From Candidatus Aldehydirespiratoraceae bacterium (GTDB lineage Bacteria > Actinomycetota > Acidimicrobiia > Acidimicrobiales > Aldehydirespiratoraceae): a stretch of 64,000 bases of DNA. A program made the position numbers and the translations under genes. Positions within the stretch are counted from its first letter, which is position 1; each line of letters begins with the position of its first letter. The notes under the pieces are model-generated. The model was given only the letters and a program-made list of their open reading frames with translations, searched no databases and was not told the origin of the DNA. Of the stretch, positions 9,163 to 19,541 are shown one piece after another. The stretch is from positions 2,431,249 through 2,495,248 of the forward strand of contig OZ241886.1 of NCBI GenBank assembly GCA_965203375.1, given 5' to 3'.

Positions 9163-9894
9163 TCAGCCGGACTCGGCGTCGTCGCCCTCGGTGTCGACAT
9201 CGGCGGCGTCGTCGCCCTCGGTGTCGACATCGGCGGCGTCGTCGCCCTCGGTGTCGACATCGGCGGCGTCGTCGCCCTCGGTGTCGACATCGGCGGCGTC
9301 GTCGCCCTCGGTGTCGACATCGGCGGCGTCGTCGCCCTCGGTGTCGACATCGGCGGCGTCGTCGCCCTCGGTGTCGACATCGGCGGCGTCGTCGCCCTCG
9401 GTGTCGACATCGGCGGCGTCGTCGCCCTCGGTGTCGACATCGGCGGCGTCGTCGCCCTCGGTGTCGACATCGGCGGCGTCGTCGCCCTCGGTGTCGACAT
9501 CGGCGGCGTCGTCGCCCTCGGTGTCGACATCGGCGGCGTCGTCGGACGAGGAGTCAGCGTCGGCGGCTTCGTCCGTGTCGGTTGAGCCGGCGGCTTCACC
9601 TGCGTCGTCGGCGTCGTCGGCGTCGTCGGTCCGGTCGACCGCCCGGCGCACGACATCGGGGACCCGGCCGCCGGTGAGGTCGTCGATCTTGTCGACCACG
9701 GCCTCGGCCACATCGCCGGCCTTGTGGGCGGCCTTGCCCGCCACATCGCCGGCCTTGTCCCAGACATCACCGGCCACGTCGCCGGCCTTGCCGACCAGGT
9801 CCCCCGCCTTGTCGCGAGCCTTGCTGGCCAGATCGCCCATCACGCCTTTGGCCTTGTCGGCAAAATCCTTGTCGTCCATGTCGTCCTCTCCCAT
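9163..9894 (-). CDS. acidic repeat protein: N-terminal KAGD-repeat (CsbD/LEA-like) region + (DDAADVDTEG)x12 C-terminus
   Basis: ATG at 9894 preceded by GGAGAG RBS; N-term DKAKGVMGDLASKARDKAGDLVGKAGDVAGD...; plus-strand ORFs over the same DNA are mirror frames. Confidence 0.65.
   Translation of the reverse strand: MGEDDMDDKDFADKAKGVMGDLASKARDKAGDLVGKAGDVAGDVWDKAGDVAGKAAHKAGDVAEAVVDKIDDLTGGRVPDVVRRAVDRTDDADDADDAGEAAGSTDTDEAADADSSSDDAADVDTEGDDAADVDTEGDDAADVDTEGDDAADVDTEGDDAADVDTEGDDAADVDTEGDDAADVDTEGDDAADVDTEGDDAADVDTEGDDAADVDTEGDDAADVDTEGDDAADVDTEGDDAESG
9184..9543. repeat. perfect tandem repeat, 30 bp x 12 (coding, in-frame)
   Basis: gccctcggtgtcgacatcggcggcgtcgtc repeated 12 times with no mismatches. 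Confidence 0.95.
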
Positions 9895-9971
9895 CGTCGA
9901 TTCTCTCCTGCCGGGCAAAGCTAACGGGCCCGGAGCCCGATCAGTTCCCCTCGATGCGGCGAGGGCCGAAC

Positions 9972-12884
9972 TCACTCGTCGGGGCTCTCCGCGGACGCCG
10001 GAGGGGGAACGGGGGCGAAGTATCCGACGATCAGCAGAAGGACGCCCACCCCTATGAACGAGACCACCCGGCCGAGGGCGTTCTGATCGCTGAGCTCGAC
10101 GAGAAACAGCTTGAGCACCACCACGCCCATGAACGAGGCGCCCGCCACCCACACGGCCCGGCGGGCGGAGCGCACGCCGACGACCATGCCCGCCAGGGCG
10201 ATCGCCGCCCAGAGGATGGACAGCGAAACCTGCAGCGCGGTGGAGTCGAACAGCGATTCGCCGTCGAAGGGAACGCCCAGCCAGTGGTGGACGGTGCGGG
10301 CCGCCGACATGGTGGCGAGGACGGTGCCCGCCGCGGCCATCGCCGGGGCCCACGGGGCCTCGACGAGGTCTTTGAACGGGTGGTCCCCCTCTTCGAACGC
10401 GGCCAGCCTCCTCCACCCGAGCGCCACCGCCAGCAGCAGGGCGGCGAGCAGCCCCAGCGGGTTAAGCAGGGGCAGGTGGGGCAGCGGCGAGAAGTCCCCG
10501 TCGGAGAGAACTGCCGCCAAGAACACCAGGGTGGCCAGCAGCACCAGCACCGGGCCGGCGCAGGCGGTGACGTAGCGGCGCCGATGCGCCCCCAGCGGCC
10601 ACGCGGATGAGCGCAGGCCCCCGAGGGTTCCCCCCACCAGGGCCAGCACCGCGGCCAGCGCGGCGACGGGCGGCCAGGCGCCGTCGGCGATCTGGTCCGT
10701 CTGCCAAAGCACTTCGACGCCGATCAACACGGCCATCACCCAGTAGCCGCCCGCGTGCAGCGCGGTCTGGAGCTTGGGGAACTCGCCCTCCCGCAGCCGC
10801 AGGAACGCGTAGTAGGCGGCGACGGACACGGGCCATGCGGCCCATCCGTAGTCACCGAGCGGATGGGTCTGCCCGACGACCGAGGCGTAGAGCGCCACGA
10901 CCATGGTCGGGAGGATCAGGGGCCCCAAGGCGCCGAGGTGCGGCCACCGGAGCCGCCGGGCCGACAGGCCCGCCGCGGCGAAGGAGAGCGCGGCGAAGGC
11001 GAGCGAGGCCGACAGCGTCCCGGCCGAGGCCTGGTAGCCGATCTCCATGAGCCCGCCCGCGAGCCACCAGAGGACCCCCCAGGCCAGCGCCAGCCAACAG
11101 ACCGATTCATCGGCGCCGATGCGGTCCCCGGACCGGTGCAGCAGCCAGCCCGACACCAGGCCCGCGCCGGCCAGCACGACGGCGCCCAAGAAGTACTCGT
11201 TGACGATCACCGGCGCGTCGGGCGGATACGGGAGGGACTCGCTCAGATGCGAGCCGAGCGAGGAGCCGGCCAGCGCCTGCAGCACGCCGCCGGCGACGAC
11301 GGCGAGCAGACGGGATCGGCGGAGGCCGAACCAAACCAGCAGTAGGCCCTGCAGCGCCCAGACGGTGGCGGTGTAGTAGGCGTCCAGCGCGAACGGGACG
11401 GCGATGACGGCGAACGCCGCGCCCAGGCCGACGTATGACTCCGTCAGCGCCCGTCCCCCTCCGCCCAGCTTGCGGGCGACCGCGGCCAAGCCGCCGTGGA
11501 CCAAGGCCAGCGCCAGCGCGCTCGCGGCCAGGCCGTACTCGGTGTGGCCGATCAGGATGGCCTGAAGGCCGAACCCGATGAACGGCGTGCCGAAGACGAG
11601 CGGCGCCGTCCGCACGTCCTTCAGGTCGGGGGCCGCCCGAGCGGCGAACAGCACCGGTATCGCCGCGTACATCAGCACGAACAGGGCGATGAACGGCTGG
11701 ATGGAGGCCCAGTCGTCAGACGTGTGGCGGTCCAGGAGCCAATAGGCGGAGATGGCGAACGTGAAGCCGAGGCCGGCCAGGTTGAGCTCGGGCCAGACCT
11801 TGAACCAGGCGACTCCGACGATGGCGGCGTTCAGCACCGCGTAGAAGCTGAAGACCCAGATGTGGTCCTCGGGCCGCGAGTAGGCCAGCACCGGGGCGAG
11901 GAATCCGCCGACGATGCCGAGAAGGGCCAGGGTCCGCGAGTCTTGGGTGACGGCGAGGACTCCCGCGCCGACCGTGACCGCCACGACGGCCGCCGCCGCG
12001 GGGGCGGGCGCCAGGACGTCGTACACCGCGAAGGCGGCGTACGTCGTCAGGTACAGCACGGCGATGCCCCCGCCTTGGAGGCTCAGGCCGTACACGGGGC
12101 GCCGGGCGCGGAGGCGCCAGCCCACGACGAGCAGCGCCAGGCCGAACATCGTGACGGCGGCCAGGATCATCTCGACGGTCAACTCGATGAGGCCGCGCTC
12201 GTTGGCCTCCCGAATCAAAAAACCCAGCCCTATGAGCGAGATCAGGACGCCGACCTTCACGGGCACGTTGCCGGTCAAGGCCCACGTCTTGACCGCGTCG
12301 GCGAACCGCGTCAGGGGATCGGCGAGTGCGGCCGGAGAGACGGAGGGCACCGGGGCGGGTTCGGCCGCGGGGCGGAACGTCCGCACCGCCTCCGCGGGCT
12401 TCTCCGAAGAGGCGGCCGGCGCCGGGGCGGGTTCGGCCGCGGCCGGCTCGGCCTGAGGGGAGGCAGGCGCCGACTGAGCCTCCTCCGACACCCAGGGAGA
12501 GACAGTCGGCTGAGCCTCCTCCGAAACCCACGGTGACACAGGCGACAACGCCTCCGGGGCCGGCCTTGAAATATCTGCAGGGCCGGCCGCCTCCGCCGGT
12601 GCGGCCTCAGCCTCCTCGCCCCCTTCGCGGGGGTCGGCGGCGGCCGGCTGCTCAACGGTCACCGGCGGCCGGGCCTGAGCCTCTTCAAACCAGGCCTGAG
12701 CGCTTCCGAACCAAGACTGGGCCCTTTCGAACCAGGCCTGAGATTGTTCGAACTCGTCGAGTCGTCGCCGCAAATCCCGGCACCGGCTTAAGAGAAAGCC
12801 GATGGCGCCGCCGAAGAAGACGCCCGGGAACTGATCGATGATCCCGCCCAGCACCGCGCCGACGACAACGAACAGGCCGGTCAA
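9972..12884 (-). CDS. DUF2339-family polytopic membrane protein
   Basis: N-terminal TM, AWFE repeats and Pro/Ala-rich linker, then ~20 TM helices; ~970 aa typical of actinobacterial DUF2339. Confidence 0.7.
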   Translation of the reverse strand: MTGLFVVVGAVLGGIIDQFPGVFFGGAIGFLLSRCRDLRRRLDEFEQSQAWFERAQSWFGSAQAWFEEAQARPPVTVEQPAAADPREGGEEAEAAPAEAAGPADISRPAPEALSPVSPWVSEEAQPTVSPWVSEEAQSAPASPQAEPAAAEPAPAPAASSEKPAEAVRTFRPAAEPAPVPSVSPAALADPLTRFADAVKTWALTGNVPVKVGVLISLIGLGFLIREANERGLIELTVEMILAAVTMFGLALLVVGWRLRARRPVYGLSLQGGGIAVLYLTTYAAFAVYDVLAPAPAAAAVVAVTVGAGVLAVTQDSRTLALLGIVGGFLAPVLAYSRPEDHIWVFSFYAVLNAAIVGVAWFKVWPELNLAGLGFTFAISAYWLLDRHTSDDWASIQPFIALFVLMYAAIPVLFAARAAPDLKDVRTAPLVFGTPFIGFGLQAILIGHTEYGLAASALALALVHGGLAAVARKLGGGGRALTESYVGLGAAFAVIAVPFALDAYYTATVWALQGLLLVWFGLRRSRLLAVVAGGVLQALAGSSLGSHLSESLPYPPDAPVIVNEYFLGAVVLAGAGLVSGWLLHRSGDRIGADESVCWLALAWGVLWWLAGGLMEIGYQASAGTLSASLAFAALSFAAAGLSARRLRWPHLGALGPLILPTMVVALYASVVGQTHPLGDYGWAAWPVSVAAYYAFLRLREGEFPKLQTALHAGGYWVMAVLIGVEVLWQTDQIADGAWPPVAALAAVLALVGGTLGGLRSSAWPLGAHRRRYVTACAGPVLVLLATLVFLAAVLSDGDFSPLPHLPLLNPLGLLAALLLAVALGWRRLAAFEEGDHPFKDLVEAPWAPAMAAAGTVLATMSAARTVHHWLGVPFDGESLFDSTALQVSLSILWAAIALAGMVVGVRSARRAVWVAGASFMGVVVLKLFLVELSDQNALGRVVSFIGVGVLLLIVGYFAPVPPPASAESPDE

Positions 12885-12885
12885 G

Positions 12886-13518
12886 TCACTCCCCTTCGGC
12901 CCGCCTCCTGGGCACCGGGCCCACTCGCTCCAGCACGGCCAGCAGGCCCGGAAACCCCTCGACGGACGACAGGCGGCGGTCCATGTACAACAGCGCCCCG
13001 GCGATGAGGACGAAGGAGACGACGTAGTTCACCACCGACCGGGTGGCCAAGAAGAAGCTCACCCCCGAGTTGTTGAACAGCCAGATGTCCCACACCGACG
13101 AGCCGACCTCGTAGACCACCACCAGCCAGGTGACGTTGCGCATGACGGACCTGAACCTCTGGTCGGCCAGCACCGACTCGGGCAGGTCGGCCACCTTGCG
13201 GGCCGCCCACAGCATGAAGGGCCGGCCGACGACGATGGTGGCCGCCGCGGCCAGACCGATCAGGAACTTGGTGCCTATGCCTATCCCGAAGTACACCGCC
13301 TCGGAGCTGACCCCGAAGTCCACCAGCTCCCGCTCAGCCGCGATGGTGACGGCCGCCCTGACCAGCAGATAGGCGGTTATGGCCGGCAGCCATTTCCCTA
13401 TGGGCAGGCCCCGGGCCTTCCGGCTGTAGGCCGCCTTGACCGACCATGCGGTGGCGGCCAGCACCGCCGCCTCCGTGTTCACCAGGTTGTACAAGACGAT
13501 GAACAGCACCACCGGCAT
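12886..13518 (-). CDS. hypothetical membrane protein (4-5 TM)
   Basis: start chosen at MPVVLFIVLY; upstream 144 codons of the ORF are Arg/Pro-rich and probably not coding, though a PLPEGQ-repeat extension cannot be excluded. Confidence 0.45.
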   Translation of the reverse strand: MPVVLFIVLYNLVNTEAAVLAATAWSVKAAYSRKARGLPIGKWLPAITAYLLVRAAVTIAAERELVDFGVSSEAVYFGIGIGTKFLIGLAAAATIVVGRPFMLWAARKVADLPESVLADQRFRSVMRNVTWLVVVYEVGSSVWDIWLFNNSGVSFFLATRSVVNYVVSFVLIAGALLYMDRRLSSVEGFPGLLAVLERVGPVPRRRAEGE

Positions 13519-13766
13519 GAGCTGGTCGAGGTTGCCTCCGCCCCGCCGCCGCTTGTCCGGCCGGCGGGTCCTGTCACGGGCGCGGATTTCGCCGCGGAGG
13601 CGGCGAAATCCTTGCCCCCGTGCCACCCCCCGGCCTGGCGGATCGCCCGCGGGGGATTCGCCCTCCTGGAGCTGCTGGCCCTCTGGGAGCGGCTGGTCTT
13701 CCGTCGGCGGCTGGCCTTCTGGGAGTGGCTGATCCAGCGGTGAAGAGCCTTGTGAGGGAGGGGAGC

Positions 13767-14498
13767 TCACGGGGAGAAGTTGATCCAGCTCTGGGCTGTG
13801 GCCTCGTCGCCGAACAGCTCCAGTTCGCTCACCGGCACCCGGCCCCACATGGCCAGGCACAGGGCACCGCCGGGGCCGCGCAGGGCAGCGTCGCCTTTGG
13901 CGTGAACGTGCTCGACCGAGACGGCTCCGCCCTCGCTGGTCAGCATCCACTCCCCGGGGCCGTCGGTCCGGTGCAGGTGCAGCGAGCCGGCGGGCAGGAC
14001 CCGACCCCGGGCCAGCATGGCCGGCGCCAGCACCTCGAACAGCTCGTCGATGCCGTCTGCGCCCTGATCGCCGTCGATGGCGAAGTCACGCCCGGCCGCG
14101 GCCTCGGCGTCCCAGCGGTGTACGGCCGTCTCGTGCCACAGGCGCCGGAACCAGAACGCGGCGTCGCGCCGGGCCGTCCAAGTCCACACCGCCTCGGCCG
14201 GGTCGATACCGCCGAGAGCGTCCAACAGCGCATCGAGGGCAGCAGAAGCGTACCCCATCAGAGCACCTTCGTCTGAGGCGTCAGGCGGGTTGGGAAGCTC
14301 CGAGTCCGACACCATCTCAGTGGCCCGCCGGGACATGACGACAGCGACCCGATTGTGTATCCGACCCATGTGCGCCACCAAGTCCCCGACCGTCCAGTCG
14401 CCGCAGGCGGCCACCGGCGCGTCGAGGTTGCCCCGGGCCGCCACCAGCAGCCCTCGGCCGTCGGCGGCGATGCGGCCGATCATGTCACGCTCGTTCAT
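13767..14498 (-). CDS. maleylpyruvate-isomerase-like / mycothiol-dependent enzyme family protein (DinB/YfiT fold)
   Basis: N-terminal GDWTVGDLVAHMG...H motif characteristic of the TIGR03083 family. Confidence 0.6.
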   Translation of the reverse strand: MNERDMIGRIAADGRGLLVAARGNLDAPVAACGDWTVGDLVAHMGRIHNRVAVVMSRRATEMVSDSELPNPPDASDEGALMGYASAALDALLDALGGIDPAEAVWTWTARRDAAFWFRRLWHETAVHRWDAEAAAGRDFAIDGDQGADGIDELFEVLAPAMLARGRVLPAGSLHLHRTDGPGEWMLTSEGGAVSVEHVHAKGDAALRGPGGALCLAMWGRVPVSELELFGDEATAQSWINFSP

Positions 14499-14628
14499 AC
14501 TGAAAGGGTAAGCCGATCTCGCCTAGTTCAACCGAGTCGCGGAAAGCTCAATCCCGATCGGCCCAGAGTGGTCGCCAAAACGGCGCAGACCCAGCGTGCC
14601 GCGGTCGAAGTCGGCCTACCTCTCGCGC

Positions 14629-17037
14629 TCAGCCGCCGGTCGCGTTGAGTTCGCTTTGCCATGTCTGTCCCCGATGGGTGAACTGGCCGGTGCTGATGCT
14701 GGCAATGTCGTAGTCGGGCAGCTTGACCTCCGCTGTGCATCTTCGGCCGTCGATGGATCCGCGCTCAATGAAGGCGAAGTCGAAATTGTCGAATCCGGAT
14801 TGTCGGCGGTGGTCGGGCAAATCCATTCTGTCGACTGGGAATACGTGTACGAAGAAATCGTCGCTGATATCACCGTTGTGGCATTGCTCTCGAATGTACA
14901 TCAAGGTTCTATCGCTGGTGAGATAGACATCAAAGCGGCCGCGAACAGCCGCAGTTGTGGGGAGGTTGATGACTTGATCCGCCCGTTGGTGCAACTCGGC
15001 ATTGGCTACATGGTCAGGCCCGAAGAATCTCCCACCCCAGATAGGTCCTCCACTGCTGGACTGGCCGGTGCTGATGCTGGCAATATCATAATCAGGCAGA
15101 TCAAAAATCACAACATACCGCTCGGCATCCATAATAAGCCGATCGAGCGGAGTGAAGCCGTAAGATTCGTGATCCTGGCTGGAATCCACAGGGTGGACTA
15201 TCAAATCGATAGGGCTTGACAGCAGCAGCGGATTTTCTGTGCAGCGATTCCCTATATATATGAGTTTTCTGTCATCGGTGAGGTAGACGTCAAAATCACC
15301 CCGAACCGCTGGCCTACTCCTTTCAACAATTTTGTTTATGCGTTCCTCATATGCATGCCGATCATACAGGTACATCACCTGATTGTCCGGCGTCAACAAA
15401 CCTCGAGCATCGTTTAGCTTGGGCTGAAGAATGAAATCAACTCTGTACGAATTGATGCGACAATCACGGCTATCAAATATGAGGCCACTGCCATGCAGAT
15501 AATAGAACAAGCCGTCATACGGCCAGACATAAGGATACCAGTCCCAGCCGTGGGGGTCGTATATGGGGATATCAGGGCGAGTATAGACAAGAATATTCCT
15601 TCCGTCGGTGAACGAGCGTATCATTTCAATATCATCTGCTATCAACTCTTCTATGTCCATAAACTCGGCACTAGGATCTTCAACCTCAGCATAGGCCACC
15701 CTATAGCTAGAGGTCACAAACAACACAAATGCACCCACTGCACTTAGCGGTAACAACTCTTTACCTTTGCCCGACCATTTATATAATAACGACAGAATCA
15801 AAGTATAAAAAAACAAGACCGCACCTACATAATACAAACTTTCAAATCCGTACGGATCATGTTGATGAATATTATATCGCATTGGAATTGACCAGCAGAA
15901 CCCGGAAAGAACTGCGGTCAAAGCCAGCAAACGATGACGCCTGAGATGAACCGCCCCGACTACACACACCCCGACCATGCCGATTCCCGCCAATGCAGCC
16001 TGAGGCACCGTCCGACCCGAGCCAGACCATGAACCGAATGGCAAAGCGAAAGGGATTGCCAGATACGACAATCTCTCCAACTGTGAATAAAGAAACGCAT
16101 CCCACCGTATCCTATAATCATCTGCCAGCCACTCATCCACGCTCCGCAGGTCTATTCCGGTGCGTCTCAACGCGGAGTCGACCGACGGCAGGTTTGATAA
16201 TGCTAATTGATCGCCTGCCCTAAAGTTGAGGGCATAGTATTCATTGGCGATATTGTAGGTTAATATCAATATCCCGAACCCCAGGGCAACAAACCCTAGA
16301 GTAAAATAGCGGCTAGTCATCACTCTCGATAAATAGAGTGAGAGTGAAAATCCTTGAATCGTCTTTGCCTTCTGCGCTTGGATGATCTCCTTGGCCAAGC
16401 CGAGAAGCACGAAAGGCAATAGCAACGCCAATACATGCCAGCCCAACAACAAAGCAAGACAGGCCTTAACCACTAACTGCCGAAAACGGCCATCTTGGGA
16501 GAAGATCACCATGCCATGGAAGGTAAGGGCGAACCCGAAAAGGTCGGGCATAAGTTCTGGCATTGTCGCGGTAGAATATGTCAACACTGTAGAGGATGCA
16601 AACCCCAGTAGAACTGCCGTGGAAGCAATCCATCGGTTTGAGATAAGCCGACATAGCGACCAATAGGCTAACACCACAGTACCGGCGAAGAACGCCACCA
16701 TAAGCATTTGAACCGCGGCGATACGAGTAGACAGGCCGTCACCCACAACCAAAGTGACTAACTTCATCAGCATATAGCCACCAGGAGGGAATCTATTATA
16801 TGCCACATAATCGATACCACCAGATACGTCGTAAATCTGATTAAAAAACCCCAGGAAATAGTGACTAGGGGAAAGATTGACGGCCACCGTTAAGTGCTGA
16901 TAATTCGAACGATATCCTTCGTTTAGAGTGCCAGTTATCCTGCCGAAGAAAAAAAACGTGGACAACCCGATCAACAACAAAACAAGCGGCAACGACCTCA
17001 GCCACAAGGCCGACCGATTATGACGCAAGAGAGCCAC
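14629..17037 (-). CDS. large polytopic membrane protein, paralog A (N-terminal ~10-12 TM + C-terminal duplicated soluble domain); possible GT-C-like glycosyltransferase
   Basis: low-GC gene; GTG start after GGTAGGAGA RBS; internal duplicated motifs LPDYDIASISTGQ and RG.FDVYLT.DR.L.YI; function not recognised. Confidence 0.65.
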   Translation of the reverse strand: MALLRHNRSALWLRSLPLVLLLIGLSTFFFFGRITGTLNEGYRSNYQHLTVAVNLSPSHYFLGFFNQIYDVSGGIDYVAYNRFPPGGYMLMKLVTLVVGDGLSTRIAAVQMLMVAFFAGTVVLAYWSLCRLISNRWIASTAVLLGFASSTVLTYSTATMPELMPDLFGFALTFHGMVIFSQDGRFRQLVVKACLALLLGWHVLALLLPFVLLGLAKEIIQAQKAKTIQGFSLSLYLSRVMTSRYFTLGFVALGFGILILTYNIANEYYALNFRAGDQLALSNLPSVDSALRRTGIDLRSVDEWLADDYRIRWDAFLYSQLERLSYLAIPFALPFGSWSGSGRTVPQAALAGIGMVGVCVVGAVHLRRHRLLALTAVLSGFCWSIPMRYNIHQHDPYGFESLYYVGAVLFFYTLILSLLYKWSGKGKELLPLSAVGAFVLFVTSSYRVAYAEVEDPSAEFMDIEELIADDIEMIRSFTDGRNILVYTRPDIPIYDPHGWDWYPYVWPYDGLFYYLHGSGLIFDSRDCRINSYRVDFILQPKLNDARGLLTPDNQVMYLYDRHAYEERINKIVERSRPAVRGDFDVYLTDDRKLIYIGNRCTENPLLLSSPIDLIVHPVDSSQDHESYGFTPLDRLIMDAERYVVIFDLPDYDIASISTGQSSSGGPIWGGRFFGPDHVANAELHQRADQVINLPTTAAVRGRFDVYLTSDRTLMYIREQCHNGDISDDFFVHVFPVDRMDLPDHRRQSGFDNFDFAFIERGSIDGRRCTAEVKLPDYDIASISTGQFTHRGQTWQSELNATGG

Positions 17038-17052
17038 TGATCTCCTACCTCA

Positions 17053-19500
17053 CTAGCCGCCAGTGGGGTTGAGTTCGCTGCGCCATATTTGTCCTTGATT
17101 GGTGAACTGTCCGGTGCTGATGCTGGCGATATCATAGTCGGGCAGTTCGATCTCCCCTACGCATCTTTGGCCGTCGATGGATCCGTATTCGGTGAAGGCG
17201 AAGTCGAAATTGTCGAATCCGGATTGTCGGCGATGGTCGGGCAGGTTCATTCTGTCAACTGGGAATATATGCACGAAGAAGTCGTCGCTGATATCACCGT
17301 TGTGGCATTGCTCTCGAATGTACATCAAGGTTCTATCGCTGGTGAGATAGACATCAAAGGGGCCGCGAACAGCCTCGATCCGTGAGAGACTGATGACTTG
17401 ATCCGCCCGTTGGTGCAACTCGGCATTGGCTACATGGTCGGGCCCGAAGAATCTCCCACCCCAGATAGGTCCTTCACTGCTGGACTGGCCGGTGCTGATG
17501 CTGGCAATATCATAATCGGGCAGATCAAAAATCACAACATACCGCTCGGCATCCATAATAAGTAGCTCGTGCATAGTGAAACCGTATAATTTGTAATCCT
17601 GACTGGAATCGGAGAGAACATTAGTATCCACAGGATAGACCATCAGATGAACATGATTTGACAGCAATAACGGGTTTATTGTGCAGCGATTTCCGACATA
17701 CAGGAGCTTTCGGTCATCGGTAAGATAGACATCAAAATCACCCCGAACCGCTGGCCCGATTTTTTCGACTATTTTATCTATACGTTCCTCATAAACATGC
17801 CGGTCATACAGGTACATCACCTGATTGTCCGGCGTCAACAAGCCTTGAGCGTCGTTCTGCTTAGGCTGAAGAATGAAATCCACTCTGTACGAACTGATGC
17901 GACAATCACGGCTATCAAATATAAGTCCACTGCCATGCAGATAATAGAACAACCCGCCATACGGCCAGATATAGGGATACCAATCCCAGCCGTGAGGGTC
18001 GTATATAGGGATATCAGGGCGAGTATAGACAAGAATATTCTTTCCATCACTTAACTGTCGGATAGTTTCAACATCATCTACTATCAAACTCTCTATATCA
18101 ATAAAAGCTTTGTCATTAGGACGCTCGATTTCAGCATAGGCTACCTTGTAGCTGGAGGTCACAAACAACACAAATGCACCTACTGCACTTAGCGGTAACA
18201 ACTTTTTACCTTTGCCCGACCATTTATATAATAACGACAGAATCAAGGTATAGAAAACCAAAATTACACCTATATAGTACAAACTCTCAAAAAAGTGCGG
18301 GCCAGTATTGTATCGCATAGGAATCGACCAGCAAAACCCGGAAAGAACCGCGGTCAGAACCAACAGACGATGACGCCTGAGGTGAACCGCCCCGATCACA
18401 CATACCCCGATCATGCTGATTCCCGCCGATGCAGCCCAAGGTATTGTTTTAACCAAGACCGTCCTATCCAAGCTAGACCATGAACCGAACGGCAAGGCAA
18501 AGGGAATCGCCAAGTACGACAATCTCTCCAACTGCGAATAAAGAAAAATATACCACTGCACCTGATATTCGCTGCTCAGCCATCTCCCTATTTCATCCGG
18601 GTTCCCTATGTCTGTTCCGGTGCGTCTCAACGCGGAGTCGATCGATGGCATATCTGATAATGCCAATTGATCGCCCGCCCTAAAGTTGAGGGCATAGTAT
18701 TCATTGGCGATATTGTAAGTTAATATCAATATCCCGAACCCCAGGGTAACAAACCCCAAGGTGAAATAGCGACTAGTCACCGCTCTCGATAAATAGAGTG
18801 ACAATGAGAATCCTTGAATCGTCTTTACCTTCCGAGCTTGGATGATTTCCTTAGTCAAGCCGAGAAGTACGAAAGGCAAGAGCAACGCCAATACATGCCA
18901 ACCCAACAACAAAGCAAGACATGCCTTAACAACCAACTGCCGGAAACGACCATCCTGAACGAAAATCACCATGCCATGAAAGGTGAGCGAAAACCCGAAA
19001 AGGTCGGGCATGATTTCCGGTATCGTCGCGGTAGAATATATCAACACCGTAGAGGATGAGAACCCCAACAAAACTGCCGTCGAAGCAATCCACCGGTTTG
19101 AGATAAGCCGACATAGCGACCAATAGGCCAACACCGCGGTTCCAGCGAAGAACGCCACCATAAGCATTTGAACAGCCGCGACACGAATAGACAAGCCATC
19201 ACCTACAACCAAAGTGATCAACTTCATCAGCATATAGCCACCAGGAGGAAATTTATTGTAGGCCGCATAATCGATACTACCAGATACGTCATAAACCTGA
19301 TTCAGGAACCCCAGGAAATGGTGACTGGGAGAAAGATTGATCGCCGCTGCCATATGTTGATGAGAAAGAAAATAGTTTTCGTTTAGGGTGCCAGTTATCC
19401 TGCCGAATAAAAAAATCGTGGACAACCCGATCAACAACAAGATGAGCGGCAACAACCTCAGCCTCGAAGCCAACCGACCTTGACCTAACGGAGCCACCAA
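17053..19500 (-). CDS. large polytopic membrane protein, paralog B (same architecture as A)
   Basis: TTG start after GGTAGGGGA RBS; same TM and C-terminal motif layout as A, with near-identical nucleotides over the 3'-terminal ~450 bp. Confidence 0.65.
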   Translation of the reverse strand: MVAPLGQGRLASRLRLLPLILLLIGLSTIFLFGRITGTLNENYFLSHQHMAAAINLSPSHHFLGFLNQVYDVSGSIDYAAYNKFPPGGYMLMKLITLVVGDGLSIRVAAVQMLMVAFFAGTAVLAYWSLCRLISNRWIASTAVLLGFSSSTVLIYSTATIPEIMPDLFGFSLTFHGMVIFVQDGRFRQLVVKACLALLLGWHVLALLLPFVLLGLTKEIIQARKVKTIQGFSLSLYLSRAVTSRYFTLGFVTLGFGILILTYNIANEYYALNFRAGDQLALSDMPSIDSALRRTGTDIGNPDEIGRWLSSEYQVQWYIFLYSQLERLSYLAIPFALPFGSWSSLDRTVLVKTIPWAASAGISMIGVCVIGAVHLRRHRLLVLTAVLSGFCWSIPMRYNTGPHFFESLYYIGVILVFYTLILSLLYKWSGKGKKLLPLSAVGAFVLFVTSSYKVAYAEIERPNDKAFIDIESLIVDDVETIRQLSDGKNILVYTRPDIPIYDPHGWDWYPYIWPYGGLFYYLHGSGLIFDSRDCRISSYRVDFILQPKQNDAQGLLTPDNQVMYLYDRHVYEERIDKIVEKIGPAVRGDFDVYLTDDRKLLYVGNRCTINPLLLSNHVHLMVYPVDTNVLSDSSQDYKLYGFTMHELLIMDAERYVVIFDLPDYDIASISTGQSSSEGPIWGGRFFGPDHVANAELHQRADQVISLSRIEAVRGPFDVYLTSDRTLMYIREQCHNGDISDDFFVHIFPVDRMNLPDHRRQSGFDNFDFAFTEYGSIDGQRCVGEIELPDYDIASISTGQFTNQGQIWRSELNPTGG

Positions 19501-19541
19501 TCCCCTACCTCACTGCCTTCCCCATAGGCCAGGTCCGGCTC

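Noticed and set aside
9184-9543. CRISPR array (30-bp identical repeats)
   Set aside because: Units are contiguous with no spacers and are in-frame coding sequence.
8989-10057. Plus-strand ORFs 8989..9585 (VALGVDIGGV repeats) and 9191..10057 (MSTSAASSPSV repeats) over the 30-bp repeat
   Set aside because: Mirror-frame translations of the repeat. The minus-strand gene has a non-repetitive N-terminal domain, an ATG and a GGAGAG RBS, so it is preferred.
12886-13950. Full 354-aa ORF for the membrane protein
   Set aside because: The first ~144 codons are Arg-rich low complexity. Start moved to 13518, with a residual chance that the PLPEGQ-repeat segment is real.
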